Made by a program: the position numbers and the translations under genes
The notes under the pieces: generated by a model
Told to the model about the DNA's origin: nothing
Database searches by the model: none
Seen by the model: the letters and a program-made list of their open reading frames with translations, nothing else
From: Octopus vulgaris
Lineage: Eukaryota
Assembly: GCA_951406725.2 (NCBI GenBank)
Contig: OX597817.1
Coordinates: 99,696,001-99,760,000, forward strand
Length of the DNA stretch: 64,000 nucleotides
Direction: 5' to 3'
Shown: piece after piece, positions 39,369 to 50,249 of the stretch
How the letters are laid out: each line of letters begins with the position of its first letter
Numbering within the stretch: position 1 is the stretch's first letter

Positions 39369-39898
39369 TGAAGTATATTTGCCACCTAAATATGGCTAAC
39401 CCTTGTGGGATTATGCTACTGTAGTTTATATCCCCAGGAAGACATCTCCTCCAGCTGGCTAACGACACACTGTCTGTGCCCGATCAGTATTTGCGAAGGG
39501 AAATCATCGTTCCCATCTCTAGCCTGATGTGATATACACGGACCCAGGTTTCTGAGCAGTAACCCATCATCAGCGTGTAACAATCACCAGCTAGAGATGA
39601 GAAGTGATCTTGAATGCAAATACATATGCTTTTTCTGGTGACAAAAAGTTGCTGATCCTGAAAAAGGAGAAAAACACAATAGTAAATCTCTGAGTGAGAT
39701 GTAAACAGTAGCAGCATGACATCGTGAAGTATATTTGCCACCTAAATATGACTGACCCATATGGGACGATGTTACTACAGTTTATAGCCCCAGGAAGACA
39801 TCTCCTCCAGCTGGCTAACAACACATTGTCTGTGCCTGATCAGTATTTGTGAAGGGAAATCATCGTTCCCATCTCTAGCCTGACATGACACACAGGGT
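39369..39898 (-). repeat. 356-bp unit in ~1.5 tandem copies with hammerhead (pLTR-like or retrozyme-like)
   Basis: tgaagtatatttgccacctaaatatg at 39369 and 39725; agcctga at 39521 and 39877. Confidence 0.85.
39535..39579 (-). ncRNA. Canonical type I hammerhead ribozyme (GUC site)
   Basis: Minus strand tacacg-CTGATGA-tgggt tact gctca-GAAAC-ctgg-GTC-cgtgta; perfect 6-bp stem I, 5-bp stem II. Confidence 0.88.
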
Positions 39899-40427
39899 CT
39901 GTAATGAAACAAAACAAGGTCCAGAGGATTGGGCTAGGAGTTATGTCCCTTGGTTGGGTATGCTGTGAAGCTGGCAAGAGTTATCTTGAAGTGGGGAAAG
40001 CCTGTATTGATAATGTGGTGTCCCTGTAGGGATAGGGTGTGTGACATGGGGTGTGTGGTATGTGTAGCAGTGTTGTATGTATATTTTTATCCAGGTGTGT
40101 AGGTATATATAGCAGTGTTCATTGGTCTGTTTTCTTTCAGTAAAGGATAAAGTTGTGGGTTTTTTGTTACATTAGTGTGAGGTGTGTAATGTGTGCGTGA
40201 GTGTGTGTGGGGGGTCTGTGTGAGTATAATTTGAGTGAGGGAGTATGTGTTGGGAGTGGTGGGAGATAGTTATTTACAAGGTGTCTGCCTTATAGGGGTG
40301 TGTATGTGTGTGTCTTGGTCAAACTTTTTTGCCAGGTTCTAGGTCATTGGTGGAAGGTCGTTTGCAGAAGTTTAAGACATGGGACCTGTGGTTGCAGTCA
40401 TGGTGTGGCGTGCAGATACGATAGAAT

Positions 40428-41460
40428 CTACTTCCTTTCATGCAGGCAAGGAGTAAACACCTCACTCCTGCTACTCAGGTAAACATCTGGGTGTTGGGTA
40501 TCTTTTAGAATCGCTCTCTTCTCAGCTAGGCATAATCTAAACTTCCTGCTGCTACTGAAGTATGGCTTGCACCTTTCTAGAATCTTCCACTTTATTCTGT
40601 ACTCCATTGTGTTTTCTTTCAAAGCTCAGATGTGCCTGGCTAGGGTTGTGGCATTACGTCTCTCTGGGATGTTGAATCAGAACTTGTGGTTATTAAAACA
40701 GGTTCTGAAGAGACCTTCAGTTGCCCCCACATATTTCCACATGCTAGGTTGTCTATTGGGTCCTGCTGCTGTTGCTTCTGCTTCATAAACAACTGTTTCC
40801 ATATTGCAGTGGCCATTTAGTGGACAAGTTGTGTTACCCCTGCATGAACATCCTGCCTCAGTCTCGGGTCTTGGCCAACCTACTAAAATATTTTTTACAC
40901 TAGGTGCACAGCTAAAGGATAATCTCTGGGTATGTCTATTAAATATTTTGTTGAATCTATTGGTACGGGGGAAGTGTCTATCAACTAAACTAAGGAAGAT
41001 CTTACCTACTCTGGTCCTAATGTTTAAAGAGAATGGTGGTGTGAAGCACAGTACTTTCCGGTGGCACTTTCCCTTGGTGGAGCTAGGGTCTGGCATGTAA
41101 CTAATACTATCCTTGAAACTGCTGGCAGCCAGAGCCTGGTTGTAGTGTTGGACGGCAGCATCAAAGATCTCTCTGCTTGAAGACAAGCTGGAGATTCTCC
41201 CACTGATGCCCTTAACCAGGTTCCTGAACACTATGGCTGGATGGCAGGAACCTGTGTTAATGTAAGACAACATCTCATTTGGTTTCCTAAAGGGTCTATA
41301 GGCACCTGATTCCAGGTCCAGGGTCGCGTGAAAGAAATCTGTTTTCAGGTTGGTCTCTATAGTGACTTTCAGTTCGAGGGAGTTCATGGTACTTGTGAGG
41401 TCCTTTCCGAGCCTATCTAGCTTTGGCCTCTACAGGGACGATGCATTGGCAATATCACAT
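40428..41460 (-). pseudogene. Penelope-like element (Naiad-like) RT C-terminus + GIY-YIG, 5'-truncated
   Basis: PFRKPN..L.YIN..SCHP, F.PPFS, CSCRGNTTCPLNGHC linker, VVYEA...YVGATE..F...FNNHK, LCLAEK..I. Confidence 0.85.
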
Positions 41461-42221
41461 ATAATTGTAGTTGCATATATATGTGTATATATATAAGCAT
41501 ATGTAGAAGTGTAGCTGTATTTATAAGTACATGTATGTATGTATTTGTGTATGTGTATATGTATGCAAATATATGCGAATGTATGTGAGTATATATGTAT
41601 GCATATATGTGTGTGTATATTTATGTATGTATGCATGTGTATTTATGTGCATGTATGTATGTGTGTATGTCTATGTACATATGTGTATGTGCCTTCATGA
41701 TTATGAATGCTGTGTTCATATACCCTAAAGTACTTTTATGTGTGGGTGAGTTAGTGTGCATGCACATATGTATGAGTGTATGTTTGTATCTAGATATGTG
41801 TAGGGAGTGTATGTATTATGATGTGGCATGCCTGTGTACTGGTGTCTATTGTAAAACAAAGTCACCCTTTTACCTATATTAACTTGGGCAACAGTAAAAA
41901 TCTGTCATTACATCTCTGGAATAAATTTTTATGACCACAAAACATTCCTCATAGTGATAACAATCCTTTTTTCTGTTTTTCTTCTTTCTTTCCTTCTCTT
42001 TCTTCTTTTCTTCCTACTCCTCAACTCTAAACCACACCCACTCATGCATATTTTAGATCTCGCCCTTTGCTTTCTCTAAACTTACTTCCCTGATTTTTGT
42101 TTTATTAATTTTTTGTTTTTATTTTTTCACTACTTGCTTTTCTTTTCAGTTGATCTCATCATCATATTGTGGCTGACTTAGAAATTCCAGACAACAATGT
42201 TATTTTCATTAAGGTATTCTC

Positions 42222-42288
42222 AGCCTGATGATTAGCTATGCTGAGTAGAGCTCATTGCATAATGATTGCATCACAAACTCCAGTTGCT
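42222..42288 (+). ncRNA. Degenerate hammerhead motif
   Basis: agc-CTGATGA-(tatgc..tgag/ctca..gcata)-CAAA-ctccagt-t-gct; G12 is mutated. Confidence 0.45.
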
Positions 42289-42354
42289 TAAGAAATATAT
42301 GTAGCAAATGTTGTACTTGTTCCACACCCTCAATTTGGTTTTATATATATATAT

Positions 42355-42474
42355 ATGTAAATACAATATGTGACAATTATTCGGTAGCCATGATAAAACT
42401 CTGAGTTTCGGATGTTGGGGCAGAAACTCAGAGTTTTATCATGGCTACCAAATAGTTGTCACATTACATTTACA
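42355..42474. repeat. Fold-back inverted repeat centred on a hammerhead stem III remnant
   Basis: atgtgacaa..gtagccatgataaaactctgagtttc / gaaactcagagttttatcatggctacc..ttgtcacat. Confidence 0.85.
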
Positions 42475-42564
42475 GATAAATTCCTCTATTTACATAATAT
42501 CGAGATTGCTTTCATTCTTTTATTGTCTTACCATTTCTATCAATATATATATATATGTATATAT

Positions 42565-42949
42565 CTTTTATCTTTTACTTGTGACCATGCTGGGGCAGTA
42601 CCTTAAGATTTAATTAAAGGAATCTCAAGCCCAGAATTTTTTTAAAGCCTGGTACTATTTTATTGCTATCTTTTGCTGAACCACTAAGTTATGGGGACAT
42701 AAACAAGCCAACATCAGTTGTCAAACAGTGGTGGAAATGGATAAGCACAGCCACAAAAATAAACACACATAGACATACACACACACATATATATGATGGG
42801 CTTCTTTCAGTTTCCATCTACAAAATCCACTGACAGGGTTTAGGTCAGGCTGAGGCTATAGTAGAAGACACCTACCAACGATGTCACACAGTGGAACTGA
42901 ACTTGGAATCATGTGATTGGAAAGTAAGCTTCATACTCCACAGCCACAC

Positions 42950-42950
<1 letters not shown>
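42565..42950 (-). mobile_element. SINE family A
   Basis: Reverse complement of the 53598-54000 consensus. Confidence 0.8.
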
Positions 42951-42986
<36 letters not shown>

Positions 42987-43021
42987 TTTTATATGCACAC
43001 ACACACACATATATATGTATG

Positions 43022-43061
<40 letters not shown>

Positions 43062-43062
<1 letters not shown>

Positions 43063-44579
43063 TACCACCTCCATTCACTACAAACACACAGACTCACACT
43101 CATACCTAAACGTCTCTTCCTCCCACCTCAAACACACTAAGCTTTCTATCCCCTATTCCCAATTCCTCTGTCTACGTAGACTCTGTAGTGACGACCATGA
43201 CTTTGAGACTCAGTCTCAACTCATGGCTTGCCACTTTACCTTACATGGATATCCCCTCACCACTATCCACACCACCCTTGCCAGAGCACGTTCCGTAGAC
43301 CGTGCATCTGCTCTCTCCCCCCAAACCCGCCCTGCAGTCTCCCGCCTCCCTTTTCCCCTCACTTACAACCCCACCACCCTACCTCTCCAACGCACCATTC
43401 TTAGAGCTTTCCGGCATCTCCAGTCTGACCCGTCCACTTCACACCTCTTCCCTAACCGACCCCTCCCCTCTTTCAAATGAGCCCATAACCTACGAGACCT
43501 CTTGGTCCACAGCTTCTTCCCTGACCCTACCTCCCAACCTGGCTCGTTCCCCTGCTCCCACCATGTTGCCGCACTTGCCCTTACCTCTCCAACACCACCC
43601 TCCTCACTGGCACTCATCACCGACCCTATCGCATCCTCGACTCCTTCACCTGCACCTCCAGCAATATCATCTATTGCATCTCCTGCTCTCTCTGCCATTC
43701 CCTGTACATCGGACAAACGGGACGCCGCTTGGCTGACAGGTTCGCGGAACACCTCCGAGACATCCGCCTTGCCAACGATACACTGGTCTCATGCAATTTC
43801 TGCTCCACCAGTCACTCCTTGGAACACCTATCTGTGTTCGGATTGTCCTTGCACAGAGGCCATCCAGATTCCCATTTGCACCGTGAACAGGGATTAATCT
43901 TCTCTCTTCGCTCTTTTACGCCATTTGGTCTCAACTCTCCCCCCCCTTTTCATCTAACCCACCCCGTGACTCCTACTTCTCTTCAGTCCTTCATCTTTTC
44001 ACCCCTACTCTCTTTCCCTCCTCTCCCTTCTTCCCTCTTCTTCCTCTCCCTTTTTCCCTCCTTTCCTCTTCCCCCTCTCTCTTTCTCTCTGCTCCCTCAC
44101 TCCCCTCCTCTCTCATCTCCCCTTCCCTCTCTTCTCTCCCCCACACCACACTACACTACACCATACAACATTACACATCACATCATACATACATACACAC
44201 GTCCAAACCACCAGCCCTCTTCCACATGCACATACATACTCTCTTATGAACACATGCACCTTCAGGTTTGAGCGAAGTCACTTGACCCTGTTATCTCCCC
44301 TACTATCCCTCTAGCGGCTAACGTCCGTCTGACCTCTAATGTTTGACCTCCGATCTCTGACTTCTGAAATCAGAACGCCATGTTGGATTGTTAGCCCCTA
44401 CACGCAATTTTTTTCTCTCCTTGTTTCTCTTCTTGTTTCTTTTCTGTGTATCTTTCTGTCGAAGAGCGTAGGCTCGAAATGTAAAAGACTTGTTTTATTT
44501 CTATTCCTGAGCGCCATACTAATACATTATTTGTTTGTACTCCACCTGCCTTCGTCTTTTGTTTATTTTCGTAAACCTT

Positions 44580-44580
<1 letters not shown>
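43062..44580 (+). mobile_element. Penelope-like element (Neptune-like), 5'-truncated, with 3' pLTR; flanked by (TA)n
   Basis: TSIHYKHTDSHSYL..SSSH, SQFL.LRRLCS, Cys-rich linker C..CCRTC, FTCTSSNIIYCISCSLC..LYIGQTGRRLADRFAEH; hammerhead-like motif at 44451-44488. Confidence 0.9.
44451..44488 (+). ncRNA. Minimal hammerhead-like motif in PLE pLTR (relatives at 45313-45349 + and 52278-52313 -)
   Basis: tcttt-CTGTCGA-a-gagc gtag gctc-GAAA-tGTA-aaaga; stem I tcttt/aaaga. Confidence 0.6.
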
Positions 44581-44626
<46 letters not shown>

Positions 44627-44629
<3 letters not shown>

Positions 44630-44790
44630 GTGTGGCTGTGGAGTATGAAGCTTACTTTCCAATCACATGATTCCAAGTTCAGTTCCACTGTGTGATATCG
44701 TTGGTAGGTGTCTTCTACTATAGCCTCAGCCTGACCTAAACACTGTCAGTGGATTTTGTAGATGGAAACTGAAAGAAGCCCATCATATAT
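44627..44790 (+). mobile_element. SINE family A, 5' half
   Basis: aggtgtggctgtgg...agttcagttccactg...gatggaaactgaaagaagccc. Confidence 0.75.
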
Positions 44791-44833
44791 ATGTGTGTGT
44801 ATGTCTATGTGTGTCTATTTTTGTGGTTGTGCT

Positions 44834-44873
<40 letters not shown>

Positions 44874-44994
44874 AGTGTGTATGTATATATATATGTAGAA
44901 ATAAATTGAAAGTTATAATGAATAAATGCTCCAATCGGTCAAAACAACTTTATATCATTCCCAAATTGTCATAAATTGAATATAAATATACATT

Positions 44995-45205
44995 CTTTTC
45001 TACTCTAGGTGCAAGGCCCAAAATTTTGGGGGAGGGGCCAATTGATTAGATCGACCCCAGTATGCAACTGGTACTTAACTTATCAACTCTGAAAGGATGA
45101 AAGGCAAAGTCAGCCTCAGCAGAATTTGAATTCAGAATGTAAAGACAGACGAAATACTGCTAAGCATTTCACTCAGTGTGCTAACGTTTCTGCCAGCTCA
45201 CCATC
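44995..45205 (-). mobile_element. SINE family B
   Basis: aaaggatgaaaggcaaagtc..cctc.gc.gaatttgaa...ttctgccagctcacc. Confidence 0.8.
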
Positions 45206-45659
45206 TTTGAATATAAATATATATTAAAACAACAGGGCACCCATTGGTAAAACCCAACAGTATAAAATATACACATATACATGAATAAAAGGTTGGACTT
45301 TCCTATGTCTCCTGTTTTCGAAGAAGAGCTTTGCTTGAAATGTGAAACAACCACTCTTTCTTTACTTCTCTGAGCATCTTATTAATACATTGCATGTACC
45401 ACATCCTTGCATTGTGTTTTTCTTCTCAGTTTTTTTAAAATTAATTCTATCATATATTGATAAATTATAACCAATTGGAGTGTTTAGTCATTATACATTT
45501 TGATTTATTCCTCCTTTCACCTTTGTGTCATCTGAGCACTTCTAGCTGATGCCCTATTTCTATTTTTCTTCTTCAGTTTAACGAAATTACTTTTCGGTTT
45601 AATGAACTTATAAAATTATCTTCTTGCATATATATAATTATGTATATATGTATGTATGT

Positions 45660-46017
45660 TCTTTTATTCTTTTACTTGACTGCAGTCATGCTGGAGCACT
45701 GCCTTGAAGTATTTTTAATTGAGAAAATCAAACCCAGGACTTATCTTTTTCAAGTGTTCCCATTCTATCAGGCTCTTTTGCTGAAATGCTAAGTTATAGA
45801 GATGTAATCACACCAACACCTGTTGTCAAGCGTGGTGGCAGGACAAATACAGACACAAAGACACAGACCCATAAATACACACACACACACACACACAAAT
45901 AAATATAACGGGCTTCTTTCAGTTTCCATCTATAAAATACACTCACAAGGTTTTGGTCGGCGTGAGGCTATAGTAGAAGACACCTGCACAAGATGCCACG
46001 CAGCCACGCCTGTGCCT
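45660..46017 (-). mobile_element. SINE family A
   Basis: Reverse complement similarity to 53598-54000. Confidence 0.78.
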
Positions 46018-46189
46018 ATATATATAGTTTATATTCAGTTAAAAGAAGAAAAGAAAATGGAGATAAGTAAGTTGACAATTATTTATTGTTAACAAATTGG
46101 TCATCTTCACTTCTTATAGCCATTTCAATTAATACTCAATAATTCAATTACAAATTTGTACATGAAATTTGCATTTATGTGACACATAT

Positions 46190-49100
46190 ATCATCATCAT
46201 CATCATCATCATTTAGCGTCCGTTTTCCATGCTAGCATGGGTTGGACGGTTCTGCTGGGGTCTGTGAAGCCAGAAGGCTTCATCAGGCCCAGTCAAATCT
46301 GGCAGTGTTTCTACGGCTGGATGCCCTTCCTAACGCCAACCACTCCGTGAGTGTAGTGGGTGCTTTTTACGTGCCACCCGCACTGGTGCCAGCCAGAGCT
46401 GGCAAACGGCCACGAACGGATGGTGTTTTTTATGTGCCACCGGCACGAGGGCCAGGCGAGGCTGGCAACGAACACGAAACGGGGCGGTGCTGGCAACGGT
46501 CACGAAACGGAAGGTTCTCTTACATGCCACCGGCACTGGTAACACATCTGCAATTTCCATTGATCGATTTCCATTGATCGATTTCGATTCTGATCCTCAC
46601 TTGCCTCAATGGGTCTTCACAAGCAGAGTTTCGACATGCCACCGGCACTGGTAGCACATCCGCAATTTCCATTGATCGATTTCGATTCTGATCCTCACTT
46701 GCCTCAACACGTCTTCACAAGTAGAGTTTTGTGTCCCAAGAAGGGAAGGTATGCATACGTAGGCTGGCTCCATCCCATGTAGAAGGCCACGGGTTGTGGA
46801 CTCACTTGTCCTGCCGGGTCTTCTCGCGCACAGCACACTTCCAGAGGTCTCGGTCTCTAGTCATTTCCTCGGTGAGACCTAAAGTTCGAAGGTCGTGCTT
46901 CACCACCTCGTCCCAGGTTTTCCTGGGTCTGCCTCTTCCACAGGTTCCCTCAACCGCTAGGGTGTGGCACTTTTTCACACAACTATCTTCATCCATTCTC
47001 GCCACATGACCATACCAGCGCAAACGTCTCTCTTGCACACCACAACTGATGCTTCTTAGGTCCAGCTTTTCTCTCAAGGTACTTACACTCTGCCGAGTGT
47101 GAGTACTGGCATTACACATCCATCGGAGCATACTGGCTTCATTTCTAGCGAGCTTACGCATATCCTCAGCAGTCACGGCCCATGTTTCACTGCCATGTAG
47201 CATGGCTGTTCGTACACACGCATCATACAGTCTGCCTTTCACTCTGTGCGAGAGGCCTTTTGTCACCAGCAGAGGTAAGAGCTCTCTGAACTTTGCCCAA
47301 GCTATTCTTACTCTAGCAGTTACACTTTCAGCACACCCGCCCCCGCTGCTGACTTGGTCACCTAGGTAACGGAAACTATCAACTATTTCTAGTTTTTCTC
47401 CCTGGAAAGTGACAGAAGTTGGTCTCAGAGCATTTTCAGTGTTTATTGTTCCTGAGCATCTGCCACATACAAAAACCATCTTCCTAGTTAGCCTTCCTTT
47501 GACATTGCTGCATCTCTTATGTGTCCATAGCTTACACTTGGTGCATCTTATAGAGTTTCTACCTACACCTTTTCTACAGATCGAGCAGGGCCATCTACCT
47601 GAAGGTGTTTGTGATTTGTCTACCTTCCTACTGATTACGACTTTGGTTTTAGCTAGATTGACTCTGAGGCCCTTCGATTCTAATCCTTGTTTCCACACCT
47701 GAAACTTCTCCTCCAGTTCTGATAGTGACTCAGCAATTAGAGCAAGGTCATCAGCATAGAGGAGCTCCCAAGGGCATCCTGTCTTGAATTCCTCCGTTAT
47801 TGCCTGGAGGACTATGATAAATAGGAGGGGGCTGAGTACTGAGCCTTGGTGGACCCCTACCTCTACCCGGAATTCTTCACTGTACTCATTTCCAACCCTC
47901 ACCCTACTAGCGGCGTCCCTATACATGGCCCGCACAGCTCTCACTAACCATTCATCTATCCCTAGTTTTCTCATTGCCCACCAGATAAGGGATCGGGGGA
48001 CCCTGTCGAAGGCTTTCTCCATGTCAACAAAAGCCAGGTACAGGGGCTTATCTTTGGCTAGGTATTTCTCCTGCAGCTGCCTTACCAGGAATATAGCATC
48101 AGTAGTACTTTTCCCTGGCACAAACCCAAACTGCATCTCATCTAAACTAACTCTCTCTCTAATTAGTTGGGCTATGACCCTCTCCGTAACCTTCATCACC
48201 TGGTCCAACAGCTTGATACCTCTGTAGTTGTTTGTATCTAGGGCATCACCTTTACCTTTGTAGCAGTTGACTATTATACTGCTACACCAGTCATTGGGTA
48301 TGACCCCTTTGTGTATCACCTGATTAACTATATGGGTGACTAGGCTATAGCCGACACTACCAGACATTTTGAGCATCTCTGCAGTGATTCCTGATGGGCC
48401 TGGGGCTTTCCCTGTCTTCATGCTTCTAATTGCCTTAGCTACCACAGAACTATCAACTCGGATAGCTGGTCCCTCTGTTGGGTCAACATTCGGCAGACTC
48501 TCTTTATCCCATTCATTTTCTTCATTCAGCAACCTTTCATAGTGGCATCTCCAAACCTCTCTCTTTGCATCCTCATTTAGCGCAAGTGAACCATCTTCCA
48601 TGCGAACACACTTCTCTCCTACCACATCACGATTCTCTCTCACACACTGTCTTGCAACACGAAACACCTCCAGTCTTTGGTCCTCACGGCGCAGAACATT
48701 GGCAAATTTTTTCTTATCTGCTTCCCCTCTGGCTAAATAAACCTGTCTCCTAGCTTCTCTTTTGGCAGTCTGATACAATTCCCTGCTACCCCCATTTTTC
48801 CAGACCTTCCAAGCCTGTCTCTTTTCTCTAATAGCCCTGTCTACAATATTGTTCCACCACCACGTTATTCTAGGTCGAGAGGGGACTTTGCACCAGCCAC
48901 AGATCTGGTCAGTGGCTCTCAGCAGGTTGTCCCTTAGAAACGTCCAGCTGTCTTCTACCCCCTGTGATGCTCTATCCCCTTCTACTTCGTCAGAGGCTTC
49001 AAGTAATATGTCCCTAAATCTCTGTCCATTTGCAGGATCTTTAAGCTTCCAGATCCTTCTTCTCCATATTTGTCGTCTTCTGGTTGTCCTCCTAGTCCTG

Positions 49101-50249
49101 ATCCTAAAGTCACTAACTACCAGTCTATGTTGTGGGGTACATTCTTCACCTGGGAAGGTTTTGGCATTTATAAGCAGCCATCTCTCCCTTTGCCTTGTAA
49201 GGATGTAGTCAATTTGGCTGGTATGTTGGCCCGATTGGTAAGTGACTAGGTGGCTGGTAGGTTTCCTGAAGTTAGTGTTGCAAATCATAAGATTATTTGC
49301 ATCGCAGAACTCCAGCAGCCTGGTTCCCTCCTCGTTGCGGGAGCCATAGCCGTAGCCTCCATGTACGCCATGGAAGCCCCCAGCATGTCGTCCAACGTGA
49401 CCATTGAAGTCACCAGCCACAAAGATAAGGTCTCTGTCGTTCGTCAATGAGGTAGTCTGCAGTAGAGTGTCATAGAATCGGTCTTTCTGTCCATCGGGTA
49501 GCCCCGACTGAGGAGCATAGGCTGATATAATGGTTGCTAAACTATGATGAAGCACTAATCTAATCTTAAGTATTCTGTCACTTACTCTGATTACCTCAAT
49601 TACTTTATCTACCCATTTCTCAGCGATAAGTATACCCACGCCACCAACCCCGTCAGTATTCCCTGCCCAGAAAATCTTGTACCTGCGTTCCTTGCCTGTG
49701 AGGAACCTAGCTGATCCTCCTCTCCACCTTATTTCTTGCATGCAACATATATCCACACATCTCCGTTCAAGCATCTCGACTATCTCACCAGACCTACCTT
49801 TCAGAGTGCCAACGTTGAGGGTGCCAACCCTGAGGGTGTGGAAGGCATGGGCTCTAGAGACCCTGGGACGGTGGACAGTAGCTTCGTGTACCTGAAAAGA
49901 AAACTCGCATTTGGCAGAATTCATGTGCAAAAAATGAAGTAGTAAAGTAGCCTTCAGTACAACCTGCATAACGCTAGCCTTTCATATTTTGCACTGTATG
50001 AACATTACCTTACATAGGTCGAGACTAGGGGTAGGGAGGGGTAGGGATGGTGAGAGCATTTGCAGTCTTCATGGGAAGCAACCCCGGAATGGAAGAGAAT
50101 AGGAACTTCCGGCATGCGTGGTGGGGGTGGGAGGGCGGGTGCACCGTAGCTGAGTAAAGAGGTTCTGTTAATCGTGAGCTAGCAAATGGGTTAGTATGAA
50201 TCGGGAGACAATACTAATTGAAAAATTGAAAAATCAGAGTGGCTATGAA
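46190..50249 (-). mobile_element. Apparently full-length RTE-clade LINE
   Basis: (GAT)n tail at 46190-46212, 3' UTR with repeat array, intact ORF, ~280 bp putative 5' UTR; no TSD found. Confidence 0.92.
46802..49969 (-). CDS. RTE LINE polyprotein: APE endonuclease + reverse transcriptase with PHD-like insert
   Basis: 1055-aa uninterrupted ORF: TLNVGTL, QE.RW, SAYAP, GDFNGH, IDYIL, QH.LV; KAPGP, YRGIKLL, QFGF, FVDMEKAFD, GVHQGSVLSP, YADD, FRYLG, RLRWYGH, RGRPRKTW. Confidence 0.96.
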   Translation of the reverse strand: MQVVLKATLLLHFLHMNSAKCEFSFQVHEATVHRPRVSRAHAFHTLRVGTLNVGTLKGRSGEIVEMLERRCVDICCMQEIRWRGGSARFLTGKERRYKIFWAGNTDGVGGVGILIAEKWVDKVIEVIRVSDRILKIRLVLHHSLATIISAYAPQSGLPDGQKDRFYDTLLQTTSLTNDRDLIFVAGDFNGHVGRHAGGFHGVHGGYGYGSRNEEGTRLLEFCDANNLMICNTNFRKPTSHLVTYQSGQHTSQIDYILTRQRERWLLINAKTFPGEECTPQHRLVVSDFRIRTRRTTRRRQIWRRRIWKLKDPANGQRFRDILLEASDEVEGDRASQGVEDSWTFLRDNLLRATDQICGWCKVPSRPRITWWWNNIVDRAIREKRQAWKVWKNGGSRELYQTAKREARRQVYLARGEADKKKFANVLRREDQRLEVFRVARQCVRENRDVVGEKCVRMEDGSLALNEDAKREVWRCHYERLLNEENEWDKESLPNVDPTEGPAIRVDSSVVAKAIRSMKTGKAPGPSGITAEMLKMSGSVGYSLVTHIVNQVIHKGVIPNDWCSSIIVNCYKGKGDALDTNNYRGIKLLDQVMKVTERVIAQLIRERVSLDEMQFGFVPGKSTTDAIFLVRQLQEKYLAKDKPLYLAFVDMEKAFDRVPRSLIWWAMRKLGIDEWLVRAVRAMYRDAASRVRVGNEYSEEFRVEVGVHQGSVLSPLLFIIVLQAITEEFKTGCPWELLYADDLALIAESLSELEEKFQVWKQGLESKGLRVNLAKTKVVISRKVDKSQTPSGRWPCSICRKGVGRNSIRCTKCKLWTHKRCSNVKGRLTRKMVFVCGRCSGTINTENALRPTSVTFQGEKLEIVDSFRYLGDQVSSGGGCAESVTARVRIAWAKFRELLPLLVTKGLSHRVKGRLYDACVRTAMLHGSETWAVTAEDMRKLARNEASMLRWMCNASTHTRQSVSTLREKLDLRSISCGVQERRLRWYGHVARMDEDSCVKKCHTLAVEGTCGRGRPRKTWDEVVKHDLRTLGLTEEMTRDRDLWKCAVREKTRQDK

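Noticed and set aside
40428-41387. Selenocysteine (UGA) recoding as reported for some Naiad elements
   Set aside because: Cys positions in the visible linker are ordinary Cys codons, and no in-frame UGA is seen at conserved sites.
47409-49942. Several + strand ORFs overlapping the LINE ORF
   Set aside because: They are antisense shadows of the RTE coding sequence.
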